A stretch of DNA of 33,290 bases from Octopus sinensis (GCF_006345805.1 NW_021832725.1:1-33290); one strand, 5' to 3'; positions 1-10,360 are shown, counted from the stretch's first letter. Notes: generated by a model not told the origin, from the letters alone. Numbers and translations are program-made.

Positions 1-150
1 TTCTTTTCTACTCTAGGCACAAGGCCCGAAATTTTGGGAGAGGGGGCAGTCGATTAGATCGATCCCAGTACGAAATTGGTAATTAATTTATCGACCCCGA
101 AAGAATGAAAGGGGAAGTCGACCTCGGCGGAATTTGAACTCAGAACGTAA
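1..150 (-). mobile_element. tRNA-derived SINE family A, 5'-truncated copy (B-box + Meta-like core + tail 1)
   Basis: Reverse complement reads gttctgagttcaaattccgccgaggtcgac (B-box), then a core of the form ctttcatcctttcggggtcgataaattaagtaccag resembling the MetaSINE core domain, then a tail ending gggccttgtgcctagagtagaaaagaa. The same blocks recur many times in the window. Confidence 0.75.
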
Positions 151-214
151 AATAGGATAGAAAAAAATAGAAGCAAAATTCTTTTCTACTTTAGGCACAA
201 GGCCCTAACAAAAC

Positions 215-600
215 TCTACTTTAGGCACACGACCCGAAATTTGGGGGGAGGGGACAGTCGATTAGATGGACCCCAGTACGCAATTGGTACTTGATTCATC
301 GACCCCGAAAGGATGAAAGGCAAAGTCGACCTCGGCGAAATTTGAACTCAGAACATAAAGACAGACGAAATACCTATTCTTTACTACCCACAAGGGGCTA
401 AACACAGAGAGGACAAACAAGGGCAGACAAACGGATTAAGTCGATTATATCGACCCAGTGCGTAACTGGTACTTATTTAATCGACCCCGAAAGGATGAAA
501 GACAAAGTCGACCTCGGCGGAATTTGAACTCATAACGTAGCGGCAGACGAAATACCGCTTAGCGTTTCGCCCGACGCGCTAACGTTTCTGCCAGCTCGCC
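215..600 (-). mobile_element. SINE family A, dimeric copy with complete tRNA-like head
   Basis: Head on the minus strand is ggcgagctggcagaaacgttagc (A-box-like) ... gagttcaaattcc (B-box). Monomer 1 is 375-600 (tail 2); monomer 2 is 215-374 (tail 1). Junction gacgaaatacc|tattcttt at 374/375. Confidence 0.75.
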
Positions 601-828
601 ATCTTGTTCTGTAGGTATATTAAACTAATTCTTGACATAATATTTGTTAACGGTGAACATTTTGTTAACTTTGTGTAGTTTTAGACATCTCTATCACTGA
701 ACATCTGAATTTTCAAGTTATTAAAATTTTCGGTTTTTTACATTTTGGTTATATTTTTGCGCACTTTCGTTAAACCATTGACATCTTTGTTTTATGAAAG
801 GGAATATTTGATGCATTTCTCGTCTGTA

Positions 829-874
829 GGTAATAATAATAATAATAATAATATAATAATAATAATAATAATAA

Positions 875-905
<31 letters not shown>

Positions 906-945
906 AAGAAGAAGAAGAGAAGAAGAAGAAGAAGAAGAAGAAGAA
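829..945 (+). repeat. Compound (AAT)n-(AAG)n microsatellite
   Basis: Directly visible; it explains the poly-I/R/E/L/S ORFs at 745-1081. Confidence 0.95.
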
Positions 946-1571
946 TCTGTGGACACAAGGGTAAAACCGTATGGTATATTACCAACCAATGTACACCACT
1001 AGCCCAGAAGGAATATAAGAGACGCCACGACAAGGATTGTCCATTGGACACTTTGCAACAAGTATGGACTTGACAGAGCAAAAAATTGGTACGGTCACAA
1101 ACCCGAAGGCATCATCGAAAATGATAATGCACATATCCTATGGGATTTTATGATTCAGTGCAGCCATGAGATAGAGTATAGGAAGCCAGACATAGTTTCA
1201 ATTGAGAAAGAAAGCAAACTTTGCTGGATCATAGATCTAGCATGCCCAGCTGACAACAAGGTATACGACAAGGAAGAAAGAAAAGTCGATAGATATGACA
1301 GGTTAGCTTGGGAGGTAAAGTAGTTGTGGTCGATGGAAAAGGTGGTAGTAGTACCAATAATTGTCGGAGCCCTGGGAACAGTGAGTAAAAATCTCGAGAA
1401 GTACATGGAACAAATAGGGCCGGCAATAAGGATCGAGCAGAAAATCGCACTGCTTGGAACCTCTCGAATACTCCGGAAGGTGTTCGAAAAGTAAGAGGTG
1501 TTACCATAGTTCACTGGTAGTGAACAGCTGACACCGTAGTACATCTCCAGCGTTAGAAGCTGTGCACAGGC
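946..1571 (+). mobile_element. R4/Dong-like non-LTR retrotransposon, 5'-truncated 3' end (CCHC knuckle + RLE endonuclease + 3' UTR)
   Basis: Translates ICGHKGKTVWYITNQCTPLAQKEYKRRHD / frameshift / RIVHWTLCNKYGLDRAKNWYGHKPEGIIENDNAHILWDFMIQCSHEIEYRKPDIV...CWIIDLACPAD...KVDRY...VVPIIVGALG...LQ-like...LLGTSRILRKVFEK*, stop at 1492-1494. This is a PD-(D/E)xK RLE layout. The 3' end gtgcacaggc runs into (AAT)n. Confidence 0.85.
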
Positions 1572-1627
<56 letters not shown>

Positions 1628-1648
1628 TGATGATAATGTTGATGATAA
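1572..1648 (+). repeat. (AAT)n microsatellite with (GAT) variants
   Basis: Directly visible. Confidence 0.95.
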
Positions 1649-1649
1649 T

Positions 1650-1950
1650 AGAGAATACATTTGAAATAGGAAGAATTTGGAGCATGTGAACAGTAAAGGT
1701 CGTGCCTATAATTATTGGTGCGTTGGGAACAAGAAGCCAAGATATAGACCAGCGGCTGAGGGTGACTGAAATAGAATGCCCAGTAGAGCTTCTACAGAAT
1801 GTTTGTCTTTTAGGGACAGCAAGGATTATGGGGAGGGTTCTAAGCACTTGAAAGGCTGCTGTAAACTTGTGAATATCTAAAATCACAGGTAGTAACCCGC
1901 TACCCACAGAATCCCCACTAGGAATAAGACCGAACCTGAGACAAACCAAA
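1650..1950 (+). mobile_element. R4/Dong-like element, second subfamily, extreme 3' fragment
   Basis: Translates EIGRIWSM*TVKVVPIIIGALGTRSQDIDQRLRVTEIECPVELLQNVCLLGTARIMGRVLST*, homologous to the RLE C-terminus of the 946-1571 copy but with a different 3' UTR. Bounded by (AAT)n on both sides. Confidence 0.75.
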
Positions 1951-1967
1951 ATAATAATAATAATGAC

Positions 1968-2009
<42 letters not shown>
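1951..2009 (+). repeat. (AAT)n microsatellite
   Basis: Directly visible. Confidence 0.95.
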
Positions 2010-2085
2010 TGCCTACTGATAGAAACATCTCAGCAAAGGAATTTGAAAAACTGTCTAAGACGTGGCAATTAAAAACCAAACTCAA
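2010..2085 (+). mobile_element. Short RLE-endonuclease remnant (R4/Dong-like), internally deleted
   Basis: PTDRNISAKEFEKLSK then WQLKTK resembles the RLE motif P.D.N...KE.EK..KY...MW.LK with the middle removed. Starts immediately after (AAT)n. Confidence 0.45.
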
Positions 2086-2499
2086 ATTATTCTTAAGCTT
2101 AAAGAAGAACCTGATTTTTGCGAGGAGAGTGAGAGCAACGGAAATAGTTTGGTGTTATTTCAGTGCATCAACGATTGCACTACGAGGTCAACATGATGCT
2201 GAGAGCGTTTAACATAAAAGAATGTTGCTTGGATGGTCCGAAAAATATCCAACTACAACGATTAAACAATAAATCAAATCGAGGAAATTGTCGAAAATGT
2301 TGAAGAATTGGTCCTTACTACATATAACTGATGTATTACAAATGTTCATAATCCCGGGTATTCTTACATCTTGTGTAAACCAATTATTGGAACAGGTGTT
2401 GTATCAACATAGATTCGTACTTTGAATCTGATGTATAGTAAGTACGAGAAATGGCGTATGCAAAATTCGACATGACCAAGAGCAAGTAAATCAGAATTC

Positions 2500-4960
2500 C
2501 TCTAAAATGATTATTAAGGTCCATTCAGATCTCGCAAATAAAACAGGAATGAACAAAGGAGGAATACGTTTTGTTTGTACATGTGTACTTCACAGCGGCA
2601 TTACTCCACCTAAACAAAATTACGACAATATATTCGTATATAATTTGTTGAGAAAACAGCCAAATTTAAATACGCTCTCGGGCACAAATAGATGACTTAA
2701 GGGGTATATTTTCAAAACGGAAAAATACCAGAAATTTAGATAGATCTTTTAATAGAAAGAATACGACGGAAGCAACAAGCACAAAACACAAATATATGAA
2801 AATAACAAAACAAAACAAAACCGAACAGTAAAATACTTACAGAATGTAAATCGGCAAAAATAGAAGTAGAATAATGCAAACAAAAATAAGATGATAAAAG
2901 GAAATATGATGAGATCTTAAAGATGGAAATAATTCAAGAATTACAAACAAGAAGTATCTTTGTCAAGAAATTACATCCCCAAAATGTAACTCAACGATAA
3001 AGTAGCACCAATAACGAAAAGTCAAGCGTGGCTTTGATAGACTTAATTAAAACAGACACAAAACATAATATCAACAGGCTGAATGAAATAATATATGAAG
3101 TAACCACTGTAATTAGAAAGGTAAGAAGATAGTCTCTCAGAACCAGACGTAAAAGAATATCAAGAACAAAGCAACCAACAGGGAAAGCTAATATACAGAA
3201 GAAAAAAAAGAAGATAAGAAAACTCGCTCTCAGTTCTTAAAAAAATAATATAATTCGGTTGAAACAAAAACAAAAGAATGGAAGAGGAGATAAATATAAG
3301 AGAAATATAAAATATCAAAAAGAAGAATCCGAAATCAAAGAACATCTGAAACAAGAGATTCCCCCCCAAAATCGCAAAGAATTTGTCGATAGCAAAATCC
3401 ACAAGGATTCTTTGAACAAAATAGATTATATCAAGAAATAATGTAGATATCAATGCAACAACAATATGTGTAGAAGAATTTGGGGGGAATAATATGGATA
3501 TGGAAAGAATCATCACAGACGAGAATGTTCCAAACTATGAATATATCTGAGGTGAGGGAGCAAAGCACAGCAACAGAAGAAGGGACGCAAACGTTGTAAA
3601 ATTAGAAGACACAACGACATGTAATTATTCCAAATTTCTCTTTAAAATAAGGACCAGAAGTAGCTCTTTACTGGTTCACTGAGGTGAAACCATGTTAATT
3701 ATCAAGACTGAAGAAATATGAAAATAACCACTCAAAACTAAGGACCCATAACATGACTTGCTACATCCTACAAAGCTTTAACAGCAATAATACTGCTGGA
3801 TAAATAAAGGGAAAAACTTGTTCCCTTCCCAGGAGACCAGAAAGAATGCTGCCGAGGTGTAAAGATCAATTACTGATCAACCCATAATCGAAGAATGAGA
3901 GGAGAAAGATCTGAGTATGTCATTGGATGAATCTCAGAAAGCTTTTGACAGTGTTTCTCACAAATGTTTTCAGGAAACATTAACTAACAGTAAGGTACCA
4001 CTAGTCATGAGAAGACACACGAAACATGTCAAGATTCAGTTACAGCCAATTTTGTAGAGAAAAGTAAAAGAAGGACTTTTTTTTAAATTTATCATTAGAA
4101 TCATAAAGTTCGAAAGGGATTCCTCTCCATACCTCTAACCGACAGGTTAAATCAAACTGGACTTGCATACAAATGCTACGATAACACAATCAACCATCAT
4201 TTGTATGTGGACGACCTCAAACTGTATGCTGCAGATAATAAACAACTAGAAACACTACAGCAGAGAGTACATGGTTTTTAGAGAAAGTGATACGAGATTC
4301 AGATTACTGAAATACACCAAAAGAACCTTCACAAGAGGAAAATTAAGAATACTAAAGAAGCTTATATGTGAGAATTACCACAAAGAGGTGCAAACAAATA
4401 CTTAGAAATCAATGAAAGAAAATATAATGAAAGAATAATATACACGCACAAGATTATAACTTAAAACAAAGTACAAAAAAATTAGATAGAAGGTACTCTA
4501 GGTACCAGCGCTCTAGATGCTCCAACGCTAAAATTAATAAGTGCGTTTACAATGTACCTCCTAAAATCTCACATAAAATGATTATATTTGGAACGAATTT
4601 GGGGAGTTAGGCTTCATGTAACAAGAAACTATCATAAAATATCTATTTTAGAACTACATAAATATCTAGGTATAACAGGAAACTAATACAAAAAAACGTT
4701 ACAAAACACGAACAAAACAGAAGAATTTTCTATCTTCAAGGAAGCCAAGACACATAAAACAGAGGTTGAAAGGACAGAAAAGGGAGAACGAGCAGCAGAA
4801 ATTGGGGAAAAAAAAATCAAAATCTCAGCAAGAATGAGACTACAGAATACTGCGATTAAACAAAGGTAAGGAAACCTTTCTCTATATGACCAATGTTTGA
4901 GTTTGAGAGAAAATGGAATGATTAACAAAACAGCCATGAAATATAAGTAGACATGGTATA
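2500..4960 (+). mobile_element. Degenerate R4/Dong-like retrotransposon ORF (N-terminus + RT), lacking its CCHC/RLE 3' end
   Basis: Frameshifted motifs in the expected order: *TKEEYVLFVHVYF (~2545, KWT.EE-type N-terminal motif), NINRLNEIIYEVTTVI (~3065), FFEQNRLYQ (~3405), CRGVKDQLLIN (~3850), WMNLRKAFDSVSH (~3925), HLYVDDLKLYAAD (YVDD at 4204-4215), KYLEINE (~4395), KPFSI*PM/KPLYGQ-like (~4870). Followed by tac/taa repeats at ~4962-4980. The 5' boundary is approximate. Confidence 0.75.
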
Positions 4961-5299
4961 CTACTACTAATAATAATAATGATATCCCTCTGATACAGAA
5001 CGTATTTCATCTATGACCAGTAGAGGACCACAACAGATTCGTGATCACCCTGGATACGAAGGGCAAGTGCCCTTTCCAAAGACCGTTCTCTGACTAATAA
5101 TAAATATTTAATTAAAATCTATTTGTCAGACTGATCTTCTTCTCCTCTCTGCTTTCTCATTCCCCTTCTTCAATATTAATTATTTCTGCCGTTTAATCAA
5201 TGGAGATGGCTGGATTGTCCCAGCTAAACCGTTACACATGGATTTATTAAAAAATTGTTGGTGAGGAGTGATGTGGGCTGGACGGCGGGTAGTGTAAGC

Positions 5300-5465
5300 A
5301 TTGACAATTTCAACAACAGCAGCAATAACAATAACATCAACGTCACGAGCAACAACAACATCAACAATAAAAACAACAGCAATAATAATAAAAACAAAAG
5401 CAACATCGTCAGCAACAACAAGCATATTATCATCAATAAGGACAGCATAACCACAGCAACATAAA
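5300..5465 (+). repeat. Degenerate (AAC/AAT/AGC)n low-complexity tract
   Basis: Directly visible; it explains the N-rich, L-rich and V-rich ORFs. Confidence 0.85.
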
Positions 5466-5577
5466 CTAATGCAGAAGCCTCTATGTGATCACTCAGTCTG
5501 GTAGAAATAGCAACCAAATCTTCCTCAATAATATTCTTAAATAAGGGAATTATATATCAATCTATTCTAAGACGACA

Positions 5578-5750
5578 AGCTGGTATCATCGTTAGCACAC
5601 CGACAAAATGCATAATGCCATCTTGTCTGTCTTTACGTTCTGAATTCAAATACAGAGGTCGATAAGATAAGTACCAGTTGAGCACTGCGATCGATGTAAT
5701 CAACTAGCTCCCTCCCTCAAAATTTTAGGCTTTGTCCCTATAGTAGAAAG
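5578..5750 (+). mobile_element. SINE family A, degraded copy with internal deletion
   Basis: ttacgttctgaattcaaat ... gaggtcgataagataagtaccagttgagcactgcgatcgatgtaatc ... ggctttgtccctatagtagaaag matches the family A head, core and tail 1. Confidence 0.6.
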
Positions 5751-5989
5751 TGTATATTAATGTGGTCTTAAATATTGTATATTGAGCGCGACGGTTAGCA
5801 TGGCTTTGGTCGTAAGGTTGCGGGTCAGAACTATCCGAGGAATATTCGAAATGTGTTAAACAATTGCGTTTTCAGTAGAAGCGTCTTCGACAAAATTTCC
5901 TTGTATATCTTAGAGTGAATATCGAAGTGATGTTTGAGATTTTGGAGTTAGCAACTGTTGTAAGCATGGAAGCTCATTTGCGACGTAGC

Positions 5990-6330
5990 AGCTGATGTTG
6001 GGGAGATCATTTGGTTTGTGTAGAAGATGGGAATATTCCAAAGCGTCTACCCTATGGAGAAGTAATGGACTGGAAAAGGACCAGATGAGAAAAAAAATGC
6101 AGTTAATAGGGCATCGTGGAAAAATATACACGCAATGAGGCCAAGCAGTTTGAAGAGAATCGCTTTAAACACGCAAATGTGAAACAAGACACAAGAAAAG
6201 AAAATCCCATAGATATCAATAATCGCTTCGACCCTTCACATTGTAGCCAAGCTAATCCTTCTAAAAAGCTGGTCTTGTTAGCAAGCAACTCAAGGGTACA
6301 CGAACCAACGCAAGCTTATAACGGATCATC
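5990..6330 (+). mobile_element. RTE-clade (BovB-like) LINE, degraded post-RT C-terminal fragment
   Basis: WGDHLVCVEDGNIPKRLPYGEVMDWKRTR ... NRASWK resembles the RTE motif W.GHL.RM.D.RIPK.LLYGEL..G.R ... DR..WR. Confidence 0.55.
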
Positions 6331-6599
6331 GGTACCGGAGAAAATATCTAAGACAATCGTGTAATAAATATTGTCTTTAGATCTAATGAATATTCTGTCT
6401 TCATAATTTCTAGTTTCTTACAGGAGAGATGCAAAGAGTTCACCAGCCGTCCGTATACAGCTTACTGGGCGAATTGTGGAGTGTTCTCATATAGATTCTA
6501 TATAACAGGTAACAAAATTACATACATAAAATGGTGGCGGAGTGTCAGTAGTATTGTGAATGAAAGACGTGTTGAGCAGTGCTGTACTGTTGAGCGAAG

Positions 6600-6947
6600 T
6601 GGTCTTCTTCCCAGTGGGAGAAGTCCGAAACGTGGTCCTTTGCTATTCGTAAGACCCGCAGAAGAGAAAGCAGGTCAACCCCCGACACCGAGAGCATCGA
6701 CGGATGGATGAATGAGCATCCAGGCTCAGCGGTTGCGTAGGAAGTCGGGGACAGGAAACAGGAAGAAAGAGTGGGAGAAAGTTGGAGCGAAAGAGTACAA
6801 CAGAGGTCGCCACCACCCCCTGCCGGAGCCTCGTGGAGCTTTAGGTGTTTTCGCTCAATAAACACACACAACGCCCGGTCTGGGAATCGAAACCGCGATC
6901 CTCCGACCGCGAGTCCGCTGCCCTAACCATTGGGCCATTGCGCCTCC
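6600..6947 (-). mobile_element. tRNA-derived SINE family C (octopus OR-type), near full length, tail type i
   Basis: Minus strand ggcgcaatggcccaatggttagggcagcggactcgcggtcggaggatcgcggtttcgattcccagacc has A-box TGGCCCAATGG and B-box GTTTCGATTCC. Central block gagcgaaaacacctaaagctccacgaggctccg is shared with 22240-22490. Confidence 0.8.
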
Positions 6948-7125
6948 ACTTCTTGTTGTTGTTGTTGTTGTGTTGGTGGTGGTGGTGGTGGTGGTGAAGT
7001 GACACGGGAGGTGAATATGGGGGTTGTTTTAATGATGTCAGTAAATAAAGTGGAATGCGAGAAATAAGGAGGAGAAAGATAGAAGAGAAAAGAACAGTGA
7101 AAGAAAGGAAGATGTGTTTGCTTAC

Positions 7126-7297
7126 TTGGGCAGGGCCGCCTGTGATCGGTGCCAACGGTCCAGTTCTTGCATTGAAGAGCCCGCTGAATATCACAACGGG
7201 TTTGGTAAGATAAACCATCGGATGCACACAACGTCTTTCTTCTAATGTTCGTACAGTTGACGTTGCAGTCGGAATCTCGCAGGGCAGTGAACAACAT
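7126..7297 (-). CDS. SMOC: Internal coding exon, Kazal-type domain; probable exon 2 of a SMOC (SPARC-related modular calcium-binding / pentagone-like) gene
   Basis: Acceptor ctctctgtttcttgttacag|ATG at 7298/7297 and donor CCAA|gtaagc at 7126/7125; 172 bp, phase 0 to phase 1. Encodes MLFTALRDSDCNVNCTNIRRKTLCASDGLSYQTRCDIQRALQCKNWTVGTDHRRPCP with spacing C-x3-C-x8-C-x10-C-x7-C-x12-C. The LCASDG...SRC..QRA.C pattern is characteristic of SMOC N-terminal Kazal domains. The symbol is from recalled similarity, not a search. Confidence 0.75.
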
Positions 7298-7389
7298 CTG
7301 TAACAAGAAACAGAGAGCGTTATAGACAAGAGTTTTCATAACTGGATTTATTGGTGATCCTGTTGATGATGGTGTTGTTGTCGTTGCTG

Positions 7390-7465
7390 CTGTTGAGCTT
7401 GAGATCAAACATGTTCCAGCAGACCTTTGACCAAAAGAAATTCCAGCCATGAACATCCCATTTTT
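7390..7465 (-). mobile_element. Unclassified retroposon 3' end with (AAC)n tail (family D); related pieces at ~17770-17820, ~22575-22630, ~25070-25170, ~25900-25990(+), ~28605-28660(+), ~29335-29405
   Basis: Recurrent block of the form ttagccccagg ... ttccagccatgaccatcc, usually preceded by gttgtt; the plus-strand copy at 28630 reads acctggggctaaacaac. Confidence 0.5.
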
Positions 7466-7761
7466 ATTTATTTATTCATTTCAAACAGCAAGGTGTGACG
7501 TGAAGGACATATGACAGCTAATTTGAATCCACTAACCGAGAAGGAATTCTTTGCTTGGCCTGAGTATCTAATAAATACAAGCAGACACGCACAAAAGCCA
7601 GACATATACACACGTAAACACACATAACCACACACACGCACACATGTGATTGTGGGTTCATACGGGTACAGTGAAGAAGAATAGAATAAAATCATTCCTC
7701 TAAAGAACGAGAAACTCGGAGGAACGACTTGCATACATACAGCTTAGAATAAACAAAGCAG

Positions 7762-7839
<78 letters not shown>

Positions 7840-7848
7840 TCGGACGGA
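7762..7848 (+). repeat. (AGAT)n-(AGAC)n microsatellite
   Basis: Directly visible. Confidence 0.95.
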
Positions 7849-7876
7849 CGGATATTATCTCTCTTTTAGAGGATAC

Positions 7877-8019
7877 TTTCAGTTTCCATATGCCAAATCC
7901 GCTTACAAAGCATTGGTCAGGCCGAGGCTATAGTAGAAGATACTTACCCAAGGTGCCACGTGGTGGGACTGAACCCGGAACCATGTGGTTGGGAAGCAAT
8001 CGGCTAACCACACAGCCAC
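7877..8019 (-). mobile_element. SINE family B, 5' half (tRNA-like head + body)
   Basis: Minus strand gtggctgtgtggttagcc ... ggttccgggttcagtccc ... ccttgggtaagtatcttctactatagcctcgg; homologous to the full copies at 18230 and 31407. Confidence 0.75.
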
Positions 8020-8032
8020 AGCCATACATAGA

Positions 8033-8290
8033 TACATCATCATTTAACGACCGCTTTCCATGCTGGCATGGGCTGGACGGTTGTACTGAGGACTATCAAG
8101 TCAGGAGGCTGCACCAAGCCCCAATCTGATCTGGCAAGGCTTCTACAGCTGGATGCCCTTCCTAACGCCAACAACTTCGAGAGTGTAATTGGTGCTTTTT
8201 ACGTGCCACTGGCAAATGGGCCAGTCGGGTGGTACTGGCATCGACCACACTCGAATGGTGCTTTTTACGTGCCACCGGCACGGGTGTACT
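8033..8290 (-). mobile_element. RTE-type 3' end / non-autonomous retroposon with (GAT)n tail and internal ~65-bp tandem duplication
   Basis: Starts tcatcatttaacgaccgctttccatgctggcatggg (reverse of a ...gcatggaaagcggtcgttaaatgatga tail) and contains ggatgcccttcctaacgccaac. The motif ggtgctttt(t)acgtgccac.ggca occurs at ~8191 and ~8257. Confidence 0.5.
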
Positions 8291-8336
8291 CACATACATA
8301 TACGTTTGTATGTATAAGGGTATATAGAGTGCTTAC

Positions 8337-8406
<70 letters not shown>
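8337..8406. repeat. (AT)n microsatellite
   Basis: Directly visible. Confidence 0.95.
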
Positions 8407-8408
<2 letters not shown>

Positions 8409-9084
8409 CGTCTACAAAGCACTGATATTAATCGTTTCATTTTATCGAGCACTTTGATAGATTTTTGCATGAAAATATTTTCTCGATATTTTGGGAAGTA
8501 TTTATTTATATTACAAACACACACACACACACACACGTGGTCATTTATGAATGGCTAAACTGAATATATGCATAGATATGTTTCTAGAGCGTGTATGCAT
8601 AAGCACACACTCATACACCACCCACACATGCACCAGAAAGTGTCTTAGTGTCTTCTTTACACAAAACGGTAGAAAGACCAGACAGAGCACCTACACCTGG
8701 ATGACTCTCCAAACAATAACGTCACGCTTCAATTAATAATTGAAAGTAAGTTAACATAATATCCACTAACCAGGTGGTTTTATTAGGTTACATATACTGA
8801 AACTCCTGACTGTCACCTGATACACACACACGCACACACACATATGGATACGTATATATATATACACATATATGCATACATACACACACAGACATATGTA
8901 TGTATGTATGTATGTATGTATATATATATATATATATATATCCATATATGTATGTATGTTTCCATATTTATATGATGTACATAGCTGTATATATAAATAT
9001 ACATAAATACGCACATACATTCCTATATATACCTGTAAATATAAATACATACATGTATACACATATAAAGATAAATTAATAGAT

Positions 9085-9252
<168 letters not shown>

Positions 9253-9333
9253 AAGTGAATGACAGACTAGATATCCATGTGTATGTATTTATGCATGTAT
9301 GTCTATTTCAATTATATACAGATGTACAAACAT

Positions 9334-10090
9334 TCGTAGGGGTACCTAAAAGTAACCGGAAACGTTCTCTAGAAGCCACTTGACGCAACCCTCAGGCATC
9401 AGCCTTCCAACCGGCGTCGTCGACTGATGTCGTGGTGCCACGTGTTGCGTCTTTGTTTTGCTGTGCTTCACCTCTGTTTATCGATTTTTGCGATGGCTGA
9501 AACGAAGGAACAGCGTACTTCCGTGAAATACTATTTGCTGCTGGGAAAAATGGCGGCCGAAACAGCTGTCATGCTTCAAATAGTTCATAAGGGCGCTGCT
9601 ATGAACAAAATACAAGTTTACGAGTGATTTTCACGCTTTAGGAATGGTCACTTGTCGCTTGAAGACCAACCTCGTTCAGGACGACCGTCGACCTCCCGAA
9701 TGAATGAAATTACCATAAAAATTAACGAACTTATCTTGGAGGACCGTCACCGAACCATTGACGAACTTGTTGATATGATTGGTGTGTCCTGGGGCTCGTG
9801 GCTCGGCACGACTGACTGCATGTCTTGAACTGAAAGAAGAGTTGAAAGTTGATCTAAACCTTTTTTTTTTTTCAAAGGTCGCCACTGGTAATGAAAGCTG
9901 GTACTACGGAATTTGCAGATGTGGAAGAGGTGAAGAGAAAAATTATGGAAGCGTTAAAAGGCATCACTTCGCAAGAGTTCCAGGACTGCTTCGAATAGTG
10001 AAAAACGTGTCTGGACCGATGCATTGCTTCAAATGGAGAATACTTTGAAGGCGATAAAAGTGTAAATATGTAAAACTAAGTGAATAAAAT
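9334..10090 (+). mobile_element. Mariner (Tc1/mariner DD34D, irritans-like) element with internally deleted transposase pseudogene; right TIR not found
   Basis: Left TIR-like cgtaggggtacctaaaagtaaccggaa (9335-9361). ATG at 9493: MAETKEQRTSVKYYLLLGK...VYE*FSRFRNG...EDQPRSGRPSTS...ILEDRHRTIDEL...GVSWGS; then ...KVATGNESWYYG; then FADVEEVK...LDRCIASNGEYFEGDK, stop at 10071-10073. Confidence 0.85.
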
Positions 10091-10178
10091 AATAAACACA
10101 TACATACATACCTATCTCTCTATCTATTTATCTGTTTGTCTATCCATATATATATATATATATGGATAGACAGACACT

Positions 10179-10360
10179 GTGATCACCGTGACCGACAAGA
10201 CTATCAGATGTTGCTACACATCGCTGGTCACAATGCGTTTCGCATAGTTTTAGCCTTCAAATGACGCCACCCCGCTGGCTAAGCGAGCAGACCAACAGAA
10301 GAAAGAGGGAGAGGAAATTGTGGCGAAAGAGTACAGCAGGGATATCCCAGATCGCCACCA
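10179..10360 (-). mobile_element. SINE family C, 5'-truncated copy, tail type iii
   Basis: Minus strand ggtggcgat ... ccctgctgtactctttcgccacaatttcctctccctctttcttc matches the family C core; tail ...agcaacatctgatagtcttgtcggtcacggtgatcac differs from the other two copies. Confidence 0.65.

Noticed and set aside
215-600. Recurring repeat units as a CRISPR-like array or functional tRNA genes
   Set aside because: The units are SINE monomers without unique spacers, and the tRNA-like heads lack a complete cloverleaf and continue into SINE bodies.
745-1949. Long ORFs with poly-I/N/R/E/L/Y runs, including the 264-aa minus-strand ORF
   Set aside because: They come from (AAT)n/(AAG)n and from the antisense strand of the Dong-like fragments; there is no independent coding signal.
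6420-6500. Possible next SMOC exon on the minus strand (ttatatag|...|gtaagc)
   Set aside because: The frame required after a phase-1 intron hits TGA within three codons, and there is no thyroglobulin-type cysteine pattern.
6923-7456. 177-aa ORF as a single-exon gene
   Set aside because: Only 7126-7297 is supported by splice sites and domain structure; the rest is read-through into intronic microsatellites and a SINE.
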